Below, piece after piece: positions 36,231 through 51,259 of a stretch of DNA of 64,000 bases. Source of the DNA: Pristiophorus japonicus (Eukaryota). The notes below the pieces were generated by a model. That model saw only the letters and a program-made list of their open reading frames with translations, was not told the origin of the DNA and searched no databases. Each line of letters begins with the position of its first letter. The stretch's first letter is position 1. The stretch is taken from the NCBI RefSeq assembly GCF_044704955.1, contig NC_091979.1, positions 271,250,001-271,314,000 on the forward strand, given 5' to 3'. The position numbers were made by a program, and so were the translations under genes.

Positions 36231-39200
36231 ATGTGATTGAACCTATGGCTGAAAACAAGCCTCTTTCTTACTTGTACTGTTTTAACCGTCCTTTCCTCTT
36301 CCTTCCAAACCTGAATAAAACTTTAAACATATATATCGTGTGGCAACTGTCAAACGAGCTAAGCTGACGTGTACACGTGCAACCAAAGAGAGACAAAAAA
36401 GCAAACATCTCCTCCCCAAACAAAAAACAATATTGGTACCATGTTGTGGGAGCTTCCACTGCAGATTGAACCAGGAATTAAACGCAACACATGTGTTGCC
36501 GCAAAAACGTTGTCACAAGCTGTGTCTCCATTCACTGTAGCGGTTTTAGAGAGCGGTCTCTTGTGCTTCCAACATTAATTGAACACATCTCATCAATCAC
36601 ATTTCAGAGAGTGAACGTTTTACTATCACTGTGACAAAGTCAGTATTGTTTACTTTGCGGTGCAAACCACCCGGTGACAATGAACAAAGAGCCCATCGAC
36701 CGTCAAATATTAGACGCCAGTGTGCTCCCCAACGTTTGGACTGGGACACATTATCAAGAAAGATATCCAGGTTACCATTTCATCCATTTCTTTTCAAGAT
36801 GGCGGATGGGATAGCAGCTCTCAAGGGAGCTCTCCCTGAACAAACCTTCCTCAGGCCATCTGCTGCCATCCTTCATCTCTCTCTCCTTCAATCTCCGCCC
36901 CTCCCCCACCCCCGCCGCACTGTTTAAGCCCCCTTCTCCCCCCCCCCCCCGCCCCAACAGTGGCTACACTTCGACCCCCAAAATATTTTCCTACCCCTAA
37001 ACCCATGTTGCAAGGGCCCACTACCCATCTCCCATCCCCCAATCAAGACTTACCTTCCATTACACATTCGCCCACTATATAATGATTCAAAGCTTTCATT
37101 TTGGACATTCATCATGAGCGAGCATGATAGTGCAATAATATTTAATAATTCACAGTCTGAAAAGTGTTTTGATCGGATATTGCCTGTTTTGCGGATAAAC
37201 GCATTGTGACATGTTATCGACAGCATTCCTGGACCCCTCGTAATTATGATGATGAATATTATAGCTTGGAATCATTCATATTTAACTGTGCAAATGCTGA
37301 CTCGTTATTATTGACAAAATATGTCATACCAATTCTGCCTTATCTTCCAAGGCTCGTATCTACCGTAACAGCCACGCAGCGGTATTTTTTCCGTGAATAT
37401 TTAAAACAAGCAGAGAATCCAGGAGGCAGAAAGGTGTGTAGTGTTGCTGTTGTTTTAACCGAATGCACACGCCTGCACGAACGATTTAACATTAACAGAA
37501 GAAAATCACAGCCCAGTTCAAAGTGTTAAACAGATGATCTCAAATCCATTTGGCAAAGTACTAAAAAGTCACTCTTACATTCATCGAGAAATGAGGGCTG
37601 GCTTGGAAATACATCATTGAGTTACTGGTACCTGGCCGGTCTGGAAAAAGTAAATACCATCTGACAACGTTTACCGCTGTAACTTAAATCATAATAACTA
37701 CTGTATTTAAAATAAACCCTATAGCCAATAAACTCACATGTGAGTGTAATGTAAACACCAGTGCTGAATTGTCCAGTGGTTAAGATGGGTACAGCATGAC
37801 ATCTACTGTAATACAATCAGAAAATGCTCTAAATGTTGTCTGCGTCCCAGACAGGCTTGCTGTATATTTCCAGCATTTCTTGTTTTTATTTCAAATCTTG
37901 AAGTTGTTTTCTTTCCATCTCTAACACCAATTGTAGTTTGATTTCCAACAACTTCATCAAACAGTCAAAAAGGGCACAAGTCAGCAAACGTCCTTTTTTT
38001 CCTGTAGCGGGTTCTTAATGGTAGACTTTTGTAAACAAACATTTCTGTGTCATTTACCAGGTTTGTAGCTATTTTTGCTTAGAAAAATAGAACCGCGACT
38101 TTCCAAAACCCGTCAGAACAGACTGGCCTTTGAATTACCCCTTTGTTTTCACTCCACCCAAACCAGATTACGTTTAACGTACCTGAAATGAAATACGTCT
38201 AACGCAAGTTGTAATTAATTTATCCACTCACTATTTAAAGTTTGTTTCTGCTTTTTATGTATATCTCATCAAGCTTTCATTCCTAAAATGCTGGTGTTGA
38301 GAGATAACGAACTGTACAGGGTAAGCTGGCGTTCAATCTGCTGTACTGTTTTTTTTCTAAATAATTTCCTGATACCTGCTGAAGAACCGCTAGAAGTAGA
38401 TAACAGCTCATTTGAAGAATTATTTTGAAAGGGTTATAGTTCCCCCCCCCCTCTTTTTAATGCTGCGTGTTGTAATAATTCACAAGTTAATAATACTGGC
38501 CTCATTTTCGTTGATATTTAATATTGAGTTGGAAAGCAGGATTCCAATTTCTGTCGTGATCTTCTCCAAGCACTTTTAATTGTCATCGCCCATTCGCATA
38601 TAATACGTGAATAATCTATTAGAATGATGTCCTTTAAATTAGTCCTGAACACAGAGTGATTACTGGCTCGTTTTGGAATTAGTCTGAAAGTAACATAAAG
38701 AACTAGGCTTATAAAAATAATAAATCCTAAACAGGCAGAGACCCCGTAGAAACTGACAAATCCAATAGCTCCCAGTCTTATAAAAACAACCACTGCAGAA
38801 ATACACAAACTTTTTTTTGGGCGGGGGCTCCGTTACGATTAGTTGTACAGGCCTGAAGGTTTTCTTTCAGTTAATACTGCACATATCTTTCTGCTATGTT
38901 GTTCGCAACAACAAAAATGATTTTACGTCAGGTTTTGCTGTTGCAATGGCAATACGGAAATGCGTGTGGTTGACCTGTATATTGCTTGAAGAAATAGTGA
39001 TAAAGAACATATATATCGACAGGGGGTGCTGTGCAGAAAGCGTTCGGCACACAGCCCTGAGTTAATTATGAATCATTCAATCCACTCCCATCTGTAGTAT
39101 TCCTTCGGTCAGAAGTGATCGAACAGCTTGTTCTTGAACACAAACCTTATGAATGGCTTCCTCGAGCAGATGAGAAAAGCTAAGGGTTTACATCATTCAT

Positions 39201-42200
39201 AATATTACTTTAACTCTGAGAACTAATGACGTGCTTTCCCCCAAATTCTGCCAACCAAACAAAGTAAGTTATCCCGAATCATGACAGAACGAATATGCCA
39301 AACGGACAGAGCTTTCCTGAGACAACTCTCTGCTCACAGAACACCAAAGAATTTCCAGGTGTGGTTTCCAACTCTCACTGCAGCAGGCAAAAGGTTAATT
39401 GCCCTTGGCTTGCTTCTGTTTTGTCTAGTGACGTGATTATCATCTCTTTAAAAAGAAACTGAAAAAAAAACCAGCGGGGGAATAAAAAGAATCATTCCTT
39501 AAAACGGTATAAGTCTTCAACATTGAGGGACAACACCTAAAGTATCAAGCAGCTCGTTTATCTCTTGTTTCAAGACTTCATATTACAAAGGAGCTCCCTG
39601 ATGATAAGTATCTGCTGTCAGAGAGATTGACTGTCCTGATGGACATGTTGGCGGTTTCTGATGTCTTCTCCTCAGGGGTTGTTTTAAGACCTCGAAAGGT
39701 GTACCTCTCTGATCTGTCTTCCCATACCCCGAAGGGAAATAATTAGCAAAAAAAATCAGTTTGTAACACAGTAGAGGGACGAACGTGATCTCCAAGCATC
39801 ATCACAGAGAACAATGCATTCCTTTAGTGAAAGTCATGTAATTAATAAGAAGGTGGCTGCTTAAAAAAAACATTGTCCAATTTGGATGTGTAACAGTTTG
39901 TCTTTAACCGCTAATTGCCGCATTCAAAGAAGGAGCAGAATTTAAGCATAGCTGTTGAGTTTATTGTGAGTGCTGCTTGCTGTAGGATTTGTGTAGCATT
40001 TAATAATAAACATCCAGTTCATTCAGTTTGGTTTGGTACAAAATTTTAAATCCGAGCACTAGATTGATGCTTTGCCAACTTCTCGGAAGATTCACAGTAA
40101 ATGATGATAAACTGTTTTACTGGCGATTGCATTATTCTGATACACACTTTAATCTATCGCGGTTTTATCCCCAGGATGTATGGACCCCTGTTTTCAAAGA
40201 TATGACTCTGGAGTGATTTGGAACTTGCCATTTTTTAAGTGTAAATACTGCGTTACTAAACCAAACAGGGGACAAATTCCTCAAAACAGCATGTAAGGGA
40301 TGAATAGCTCAGTGACTACATTAAGATGGGTCATGAAAATACATCCAGGAGTCGCAGTGATTCAAATCAGAAGCAATAAGAAAACATTTACCTGTCCTTT
40401 GATAGCTGCCTTTCAACACAATCATCGATCTAGAATAACGCATTAATTTATTTTCAACAGTATGTAAAGTCTCTATATTATTTGCACCTGTGTTGCTTCT
40501 GTTATACCTACACCACACTGATAAAGAGATGCGCTCTGTTGTAATTATTGTCCTTTGTAAGTACAAACCGACAACTATAAACTGTCCTGATGCTATCTGA
40601 TAATGGTCACGCTGTGAATGTTTCAAAACTAACTAGTGAGATAGTATTAAAGAAAGTTTGAACAATGGGCACGCGTAATCTCAAAGAGTGAAGCCTAAGT
40701 ATATGAATACGATAAGGATTTTAAAATAATCGTTGGCATCTCGAGTCAATCAAGTTTTTAGACCTATTTGGATCAAAACTCCAGAGTAGACTTGTCTGCT
40801 GGTCCGCAAAAGAAAGGTATTTCTTAAAGAAAAGAATCTTACATTTGAAATTTGGCTACATATAAGAACACTCATTTTCTTCTCATTATTGTTGGGTATT
40901 TCACATAATTGAAATAATTGTTCATTTCAATCCTAACCAGCGCGCATATATTAATGTTAATATAACTGATATTTTTGCATCCTATCATAATGATAAACTA
41001 ACTCAGCCGTAACATAAATAGACTATGGAAAAGTTCCCAAAGGATAATAAAGGCTAACTCAGTTAAGTCATCCCCAAGCCATGCCCATGTGCCTACATAA
41101 ACTGAGATTCTGATGTCAAACGTGTTCGGTAATTGTATCACCAACCGGGGTTTGAATGACGAACTCGTAGCGTTCAATAGTCCTAAACAACTCGCAACTC
41201 TGGAAAGGTTTCAGTCAGAAGAAACCCAAACTCTTTACATAGCTGCACTTCATTTTTTAAGTACATTTTCCTCAGATCTAAAACTATTGGATCATTTTTC
41301 TATCGCTTTGGACAGTGCATTTTCCTTTAACAGGCGCACAATTTAGATGTGTTTGAATGTTTAAAAGAACTGTAGCTCTCTTTTCCATCTGACCATCTAT
41401 ACATATTACACACATTTATCCATTCACTCAGCAGGTGTATTTAAATAACTAACTGAAGCCTGATGTTGTTTCCCCCTGTATATAATCTCGCAAACAATCG
41501 CACTCAGTCTCTTCGACTGTAGTTCAGTTCGGCAGGCAAATACGTGCAACTGTAGAACAAAAGAGCTTTATAGCGTTGGAGTAATGGGGATCGAACTTTA
41601 GAAGCTAGTCCTGTCCCTTTTATAATGATTATAAACATGACATAGTCCTTCTGTGCGTGCAGGTGATTCTCTTTTTGAAAGACAAAATAATTACAGATGC
41701 AAATCATGAATTAATCTGCAGTCTGTAGGGAAGTGCATTGTAGTTCTAATTATCATTGCTGTAGCTATATTTTACTGCCCTGTGTAATCGTTAACATGTA
41801 TTTTTATATATGAAGTTATGCACCCATGACTCATTTTTCCCCATAGATTTGAATGTTTTTTCTAGATGTCACGGCGCGTAGTATTGCTTAATTTGCGTCC
41901 ATTAGAATTGACAATAATATCATTGTAATATGTGCTGAAAGCCTGTTATCGAAATGTGGACACCAGTAATGATTTTGTTAAAGAGTCAACGGCAGATCCC
42001 TGGTCTATTAGCCTGGTCGTTTATATTAAAATAGAGCCTAGTATCCCGCTGGAATGTCACTAAGGTGTGGATGTTGTCATTCAACTGAATGAAACGAAAG
42101 GTAGCATTGGGTAAACAGCAAAGGTCATAGGTAACAAATAACGTACAGGAAATAAAGATGGGTGTTTCAATTTCCATGCACACTCATCCAAATGTTTCTT

Positions 42201-43499
42201 AGTGGCATAAATTATCTGAATTATAGATAAGAGCTGGACTGTTGCAATCATTGCCTATTATGTGCTGCCAAACAGCAAATTGACAACTTCTATCTGATTA
42301 CAGTTCTGGAACATATGTAAATATAGAAACAATGCATACAATGGGCTGTGTTCAGCTGCAGAGTATAGGTAACACGTAAGTAATACGAAAATAAAGATAA
42401 ACTAAATGGAAGCCTTAATTAAGCCTTCCAAAAACAAATTGGATCAAATTCCGGTGCATCACTCCGGTAAGACTCTTGTTAAACTGAGCTGGCGAGGTGC
42501 GTAGAATAAAGGTCTGTCCTAAGATTGCTCCAGTATAAATTGGAATAATAATGTTAATCAAAAAAACAAACAGCCCTCAGTTGACGTTTACCAAAACTAT
42601 GTGAATATATCCAAGTGGTAGCTGAACACAAAATCGTTCTGGTCCACAGACAAATTATCTCCTCTTCCTTAATTCTCGTTCTTCTAAATGAGTGCTGTAA
42701 CATTTTGTAAGTGCTTAAATCAGATTATTTGTATTATAATAGGCAGTACATCAAAGAATATTTGATGACATTAGATACGTTTATGTTTTTCTTTCATAAA
42801 GCATAAGTGCTCAAGCGGTTCACGACTTTTTTTTTGGGGGGGAGGTTAAATCCGTCAGGCAAACAGTGAAAATGGTCCGTCTCTATTAAATGAACTCATG
42901 AGAAATACAGTACAACATTAAAATGACATATGCGAAATCCTGCTTGAATCTGAGGTCACAGCATATCCGTTCTACTTATAAATCTTCATATACAAATTGG
43001 GCTTGCTTCCATAATAAAATTATTGCTATTTCTTGCAGTGCTACACTTCATAAAATCGCGTTTTAATGTGCAATATATCCCTGGCATATAATACTTTATC
43101 ATGAAAACCTCACAAATTGAACGTCTCTGTTTAAAACCGCATGGAACATTGCAGACATTTCTTTCTGAATCTGGCTGCTTGAGGCGCGGAGAAGCTTTAT
43201 TTTCTGAATTGCACCATCCGGCCCAAGATAGAAACTGGACTTTAAAAAGGACACAGTCTGGAAAATAACCAATTTATTGAAACAAGGTTGTTTTGTTTTC
43301 TCATTGTAAAATGTGGTGCCTCAATGGGCAACCAGAGTGTTGAGGCGCTCAAAATGACAGAGGAGCAAAAGCCTGGGCGCTTTAAACAAATTTCCCCTAC
43401 AGATGGAAATGAAGCAGCGCTTTGTGCCAATGGACAGGAGTAAGTCATTTGCCTACTGCTCGTCTAGTGGTGGTTTACAGGACGAGTTTCTTTTGTGGT

Positions 43500-43898
43500 A
43501 TTAGTCTCGTCCTCATTTGCTGCCTAATTGGACTATATAAAGCCAATAACAGGCGAGCTCTTATAGCCTTAAGCGAAGCGCAAAGTATAGGGAGGTGGAC
43601 TCATTACATGCCATTCTTTTTTTCCTTCGGTAATCCCATTTGCCATTGTGCGTGCCCAATCGCCGTATACTTTCTACATTTAACTTGTATGACATTTTTA
43701 TTTCATCATTATCATCTGGCGCCAGATTGACGCTGAATGTCTCCTCCTCTGTTCCAAATTGCTGTGGATTCCCACTGTACCCACATGCAAAAGTTTGGTG
43801 CGTTTTTCTGAACTCCCGGGATTCTGATCCACGCTGTCTGTTTGCCTCTGTCGGCCTCTGCACTGGTTCCTTCTGTTTATGAGCGGAGTCAGGCCACC
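43500..43898 (+). promoter_or_regulatory. HMX3 proximal promoter / 5'UTR
   Basis: ATTGG at 43527, TATATAAA at 43534-43541, CCAAT at 43543 and 43656. Kozak GCCACCATG at 43893-43901. Confidence 0.6.
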
Positions 43899-44193
43899 AT
43901 GCCCGAGACAGCAGCACAGGAGAGTCCCATTCCGCCCAAAGAGTCCTCCTTCTCCATCAAGAATCTGCTGAACTGTGATCGAAAGCCTTCGAAGCCTAAG
44001 ACTTTGCTGTCGGCGGTGAAAGGGATGGTAGAAGGTGCTGCTTTTTCCTTGCCTCACTGCAGGGAGCCCGGCTTCCCAAGGTTTGAAATCCCGGCGCAGA
44101 GGTTTGCGCTCCCGGCGCATTATCTGGAGAGGTCCCCCGCATGGTGGTATCCCTGCACACTGGCATCAGGAGTCCATCTTCCAAGGACAGAAG
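43899..44193 (+). CDS. HMX3: Homeobox protein HMX3 (NKX5-1), coding exon 1
   Basis: [24 protein letters not shown] (eh1/TN motif) and [24 protein letters not shown]. Donor AAG|GTAAGG at 44193/44194, phase 1. Confidence 0.96.
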
Positions 44194-44267
44194 GTAAGGC
44201 ATCTTTAAGCACAATTGTCCTTTCGAATGCACTGTCGCCTAGTCCTTATGACCCGTAGCGTATCTAA

Positions 44268-44897
<630 letters not shown>

Positions 44898-45423
44898 TTT
44901 CATTTTAATATTTAACTTGCATTACTTTTTTTGTAAGATTAGACCTTGTAGTTTTGAAGCAACAAGCCACAAGAAGACCAGCTGTAAATCTCTACATTGC
45001 CCACATCCTCTAGCCTCATCTGTACCCCTTAAAGGCCAGTCTGGGTTTATCATTCTATTCTCATTTTATTTGACCATTTTTGTTCTGTAACACCAAGCCA
45101 TGTAGTTTTGAGGAATAATACCTACAAGAGGATCCCGCTGTAAATGTCTTTTAGTTTTTTTGTAAGTACTTAAAGAAGTGGTGAAAATGTTGTTCTTTAT
45201 TATGGTTTCACGTATCTGTGCAATATTGTACTAAAGAAGTTAAAGCACTGGTGTGGAGTAAAGAGGAAAAGCATTGTAAGTTGAAATCTAACTTAAATCG
45301 GTCTAACTGGAATAACGTGTGCCGAGTAGCACTGGCGATTATGAACGTTGTCAAGGTTCTAATGTCAAGGCGCTTTAACTGAAGGACAATCAGAAAAATA
45401 TTTAAGGTTTTGTTTATTTATTT

Positions 45424-45429
45424 AATAAA
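45424..45429 (+). terminator. Probable HMX3 polyadenylation signal
   Basis: First AATAAA about 530 nt after the stop codon, in an AU-rich 3'UTR. Confidence 0.6.
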
Positions 45430-48400
45430 TGTCCTGTTTACGTGGTGACGACGTATTTTAATTTACCTGGATTGTAAATTTATTGACAGAGGTCGTAAGA
45501 TAAAGATTCTAATTTTTTCAGACAATACTTTGTGTTCATTATTTCTGTTTTCCCCAGATGCAACATAGTTATTTACTGCGAAAATAATGGGTGTTCTGTA
45601 TGTTTTAGCAAAAAAAATGAAATAAAATATTGGCGTTTTTGATATTGTAATGCCGAATTTTGTTGAACAGACTTGTTGTGAACTAAAATAAAATGTAAGC
45701 ATTCCTTGTTACTCAAATGTGTAGTTTCATAAAAACACTAGCCTCAAGAATCAGTGAACCTGCTTGCAAATAAAGCACACATACACCATTTGTGGCCAGA
45801 AACGACACGATATTTGCAGATACCGAATCAAGATCAGTTGATAGGCCTAAAATTTCATGGCGCCCACGCTTAAGGACATAATCACTTAAAGGGAAACCGG
45901 TTTGGTATTTTAGACAATGCAATAGTGTATCTAATCTGGAGGAATACCTTATTCTATCTAGCCAAGGAAACGCCACCTCAGCTTTTATATCATCATTCTG
46001 AAGCATTCTTGTCAACTGTTAATTGATACGTGGTGTACTATATTTCATATTCAGTGTAGTGAGGTTCGTGTCTATGTTGTGAGTCACATTTTACAATTCA
46101 ATCACATCTGACTTTTCCCTTCACAGTGTTAGTATTGAAACCTCAGACAGTGGTTAATTAAACTAACTGTAATACAAGTTAGGAAACTACAATGAAACCG
46201 ATGGTCGATCTGCATGACGTTTTTTTCATACAAAACTTTTTGTTCTCAAAAGTTCTTTCAATTTGTAATGAAGAATATTGGGGGACTGATTGATTCGCCA
46301 AGGGTTTGCGGAACTGAAACTATCTGCAGTTATTACAAGTATAACCTGTAGATGTATTTTGCAATAGCTGGAGGGGTCAGTAACAGTGCACTTCACCTGC
46401 CAAGTGTCTGTACACACACAGGAAAAGAATATACTCCATTATGGATTAAACTATTATCTTTATGTTAAGTGGCAGACACTTTTATTTGAAAATGGAGCTC
46501 TTACAAGTAAGATGGCAGTTTCCATTCTGAGATTGGCGTGATATTTAAATAGTAGGCCACAAACAAGGTGAAACAAACCAGTCAGATGGCGTTGCTAGAT
46601 CAAGTACAGACCAACCGAGTTTAGTAATCCCTTGAATGCACAGATATGTGCCGGTGCTTGTATACTGCAAATATATTTTAACCATTACTATTTTTGCAGA
46701 AGGTCACGGTTGATGTTCTTTACAGACGCACAACTCTAGTTTATTCCATTTGTATTTTTATGGTTGACATCCAAGAAACCAGCAGCGCCGTGTTCTGATT
46801 TTTAGATAGCATTGCTGTTAGTTCATCGCGTGAAACCTGTCAACAGTTCTGTCAGATGATTCACAAGTGACAAGGCGCTAAATAGGTGTCTCTGTGCCTT
46901 TCATTCTGTTTTAATTTGTAATGCGTGGTGGCTGAAAATAAACACAACACAGAAGCCAAAATATGTTGCCCCTTGTGTAAAGAAACAACAGAATCGTGCC
47001 TTGTATTGTTGGCGGTAATAACTTTCTGACAACAGTGTCAATATGAACTTTCAAGACGTTTATATAGCAAACACTCAGCAGTTTAATCAACAGAAAACAG
47101 CGACTACAAATATGCAAAAGTACTTTTATGTTGTATTGAGTGTCCTAAAAGTACCTTGTCTCTCCTAATCTATGCTCTATCTAGAACTGACCGGTCCAAT
47201 AAAAACAAGATTATACTGAATATTTTGCACCTTGAGTAGCATTTTAAAATTTATCAAGTTGCAAAACGTTTGCTAGCTAAAAGACATTCTTGGACAAAAA
47301 GGCGTGGTAGCCTGTTACTGACACAGCTTTACTGATATAGCAATTATGCTGTCTCTGACTCATTGCCAAATCATGGATATCTATCTCACCTCAAAAATCA
47401 ATTTAACTTTATATAAAATAAAATAGTTAGTGGTTAGTGCCAATTTGGGGATCTTTTGGCGTTGTGAGAACCCCCCCCCCCCCACACACACACACACATA
47501 CACACACACTCCCTCCTTACAATGTTGTGCTCTATATTTGTAAATCAAATGTGTAGCCATTACAATAATAAGAATTAAATCTACCATTAGTTTGTTAATT
47601 CAGATCATATGGTGATATAATAACGCTTTTGAACATGGGAGCCATTTCAAGTGTGTTTAAAACATGTAAATATAATTCAATTTTGAAGACATACAATTGT
47701 AGTAATCTCTCTTCAAACATATTTATGTTTTTAGTAATTTTGCGTATTTCACTGTTAGTTTTCTCCACATGAGTACATTTCAGTCTTGCAGGATTTATTC
47801 GCAACAGCAGACTGGCGTTTCTTCAAATGTTCTACATAATTTAAGTAAAAACAGCTTGTTTACTCCTGTGTTTTATGCTAATAGTAATTTAATGGTTACG
47901 GACACAATTAAAATTTTTGAGGAAAAATGTAGACTGATTTCTTCTTCTCGATTTTCTATCATTCATCCTTTGGCATTATGTTATTATTTCTCCTCAGCAT
48001 AGCTGACTCAGCCACCAATTTTACTTGTCACCCATTCCCCACATAAATAATTTTCTCGCTCTCTAGCTGAATTAATGGTCAGACAGAACTGTTGACGGGA
48101 AATTGCATTGTAATATAATTTCTAAAAGTCACTTGCACAGTCCTGCACAAATGAAATGATTCCTACTCAGAACATTTAGCTTAGGAACCTTTAGATCTTT
48201 ATCAAATCATTCACCTAAGAAGCAGTCCTTTTACATGTGCAGTTTATCCTTTACGTGGTTCTGCAAAACTTTTTTTGAAAACAAAATAGTAAATGAAAAT
48301 AAGTATGCCTGTTGGCTTGTTTCAGTGTTTTTCCATTAAACATGTGAATTATTGCTGTGTCTATATTTACACAATCATTATACTGGAAAAGTATACAAAA

Positions 48401-49670
48401 ATTAGATTTATTTTAAAGACAAACAACCTTTTTTGGTTTAAAAGCCGTACTTGGTTTGCGTATAAGGAAAGGATTGTTTTTGTTACACAGAGTGGCATGT
48501 CAGAAATGAGAGGCGCTATGAGCCCAAAGACTAATCATAAACTTAGCACTTAAACGCTGCGATTTCCAAATCTCTGCTTTTGTTTGATGCACTGTGAGCC
48601 CTGCTCATTTCTGCAAATATGGCTGCGTATATCCCGCTGTCATGTTTGTACCTTACACACACATGTATTTCTTTTATTTGGTGCAAAACACGGGAAGCTT
48701 TTGTATAGCAAACAGTACAATCATGCCAAACAGATATAACCTTTCCATCACTGCCGAGAGCCGTCTTCAGAACCACCATGCAGATCGTTTGTGGGTGAGT
48801 TCAGTTCAGCTTCAGCGGCCTGCGGGTATTTTACAGTTTAACTGCACTAATTTGCGTTGAACTCTCCAAAATCTCTTGTTTAACTGTGGCACTAATCTGT
48901 GCCTGTCTCGCAGATATACTTAGCGACTTTCCGCAGGGAAACGGTGCCATTTAATAGGTCAGTATGTTAACTTTATTTTTGCTTACAACGTGTTTATCTT
49001 ATTAAAAAGGGGCGAGGGACAAAATATATTCGAGATAATCACGTTTCTGTATCGACTTGTGCGATGCAAACTCAACGAGGGGCCATTAAAGAGCATTAAT
49101 AGATTGGCATAGCATTATGCTTTAGCTCGTATTGATCGCAACATGTCTGCAAAATATTGTTTCAATGAGCTGCATTGTTCATCGTGCGCTCCTGGAATGT
49201 TGTGACCTTGATTTGTTAGCATAAAGGGGAACATGGGAGGCAGAATTAGTACGCGAAATCCAGGATGTATTCAAACTTCATCCCCAAACTCTATATATAT
49301 TGTGTTCTTCATATTATGTGGAAAAAGGAAAGTCCGGATGCAGTTTAGCTAAATATCTTCATTGGCTATGTGCATTTCGAACCTCTGCCTCTTGTGAAGG
49401 TATCTCTCAAATAGGTTTACTCAGTAATTAACCGCGATTCGTGCTTCGTAACGGTGCCCGAATTTGTTTTATTCAGCAGAATAACTTCATCAGATATACA
49501 CAAATAAATACCATGTTTGAAGCACACGCTGCTCAGTTGGGGACCAGTACCTTGCTCTACCTGGCCCAAGTGTAAGCCCTGCCGTACATCACCCGGGTCT
49601 ATTATTTTTTTTTAGAAACGCAGTTTAAAGAATCCTTTGCACCTCTGAGTCCCATTCGCCTCAATGATGG

Positions 49671-49801
49671 NNNNNNNNNNNNNNNNNNNNNNNNNNNNNN
49701 NNNNNNNNNNNNNNNNNNNNNNNNNNNNNNNNNNNNNNNNNNNNNNNNNNNNNNNNNNNNNNNNNNNNNNNNNNNNNNNNNNNNNNNNNNNNNNNNNNNN
49801 N
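49671..49801. other. Assembly gap (131 N)
   Basis: Run of N characters. Confidence 0.99.
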
Positions 49802-51259
49802 CACGCTACGGGGCGGTCGATTTTCTTAATTCATCCCCGAGGAATTGATGAGTCTATCAGTCCAGTAGATTGGAAACCCATTAACGCTCTATGGTTTACG
49901 CGTCTTAGGTTGTTAATTGGAACTTGATGGATTGTGGCCCTTTGATAGGCTATGCTGATCTAATCTCGATGACTTCTGTTTTCCAATAAATTACACAATT
50001 CATTTTCCAGCCCCGATTACATAAATTGTACACCTCCAGGCTCCCGTGGAATAGGGAGACTTTTTTTGCAGCCCGTTGTGAGATGTCATTTGTGCCAGGA
50101 ACAGCAAGCTTTTGAATGAAAATCGAAACATAATCAACGTTTATACTTAGAAAATTTATTGATATCATTTTCTTCGGTAATTTCCTTATTTTAAAGTTCG
50201 ACGCGCCATACATCATAATACACACGTGTAAAGGACTGTGTTTAATATTTATCGAAGCTTGATTCGCAGATCAAACTTGTTTATGACTTCATCTGTCACT
50301 GCAGGTGGAACCTTTGCAATATTCTAGGCGGTCAGGAGGCTATTTTCTAGCAGCATAAACCTACTAAAGATCAATTTTCATTAGGGACAATGCGCGCCTG
50401 ACATCCTCGGTACTTTTTGGGGGGATTGGGGGAGGGAGGATTCCATTTGCTACGCTCCTGCAATCTGTGCTTGCAGCATTAACAGGCGTGATACAGTAGC
50501 AGTGATTACAGATCAGATTTATTTTAGGTACGTTTCCTCTGGCCAGATTACAAAAGAAAATACCGGAGAGGAGGGAAAAAACAACCTCAAAAAGCTCCAG
50601 ACGCAAGCTACGTGACCGAGAATAGCAGAGGTGTCTTAGGATGATTCCGTTTTATAATAATGTGATTTTAAGCGCTCTCTTCAAGCAGATGCGCGCATTT
50701 AACAGGCTTTTAAATAGTTAAGGTTCACAAAATGTGCCTATTTAATATGTCAATGTAGATTTCACGCCTTATCTTTATTAGCTCCAAACTCCATTCAAAC
50801 ACAATGCCTTGCTTGGCTGTCGGCAATATATCACATAGTAAAATGTTTGCTCCTGTGCACATATGCCTCACGAATCTACATTTTAGTTGAGTAACGTAAA
50901 GAGAAACTTAATTATCAGTAACCATACACCGTGTAAGTACACCTTTAATATAATTTAAGTACAATGCTAATCCAACTCAAGTATGAGAAATGAGAAATTC
51001 ACTTATTTTATAATATTTGCAGCAAATGAATGCTTGTTATGATCGCGGAAAGATGGCAATGTGTTTTTGTGGCGAAATATACATACAAACCACACTATTC
51101 GAAAATTTCAAATGGATTACATTCAATTGCAGTAGCGTGTGTGATCTCCCAACGAGTCGTATCACATCTTTGTTCAGTGTCTTCATTAGGGACACAGTGG
51201 ATAATTGCGCCCGGTTTGTAACTTTCTGAAGCTGCTAGTTTCTATTTGTAGTTTAAATA

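Noticed and set aside
43842-43898. N-terminal extension of HMX3 in the ORF track
   Set aside because: It starts at a TTG. The ATG at 43899 has a GCCACC Kozak context and gives the expected MPE N-terminus.
49664-49927. ORF spanning a run of X residues
   Set aside because: Artefact of the assembly gap.
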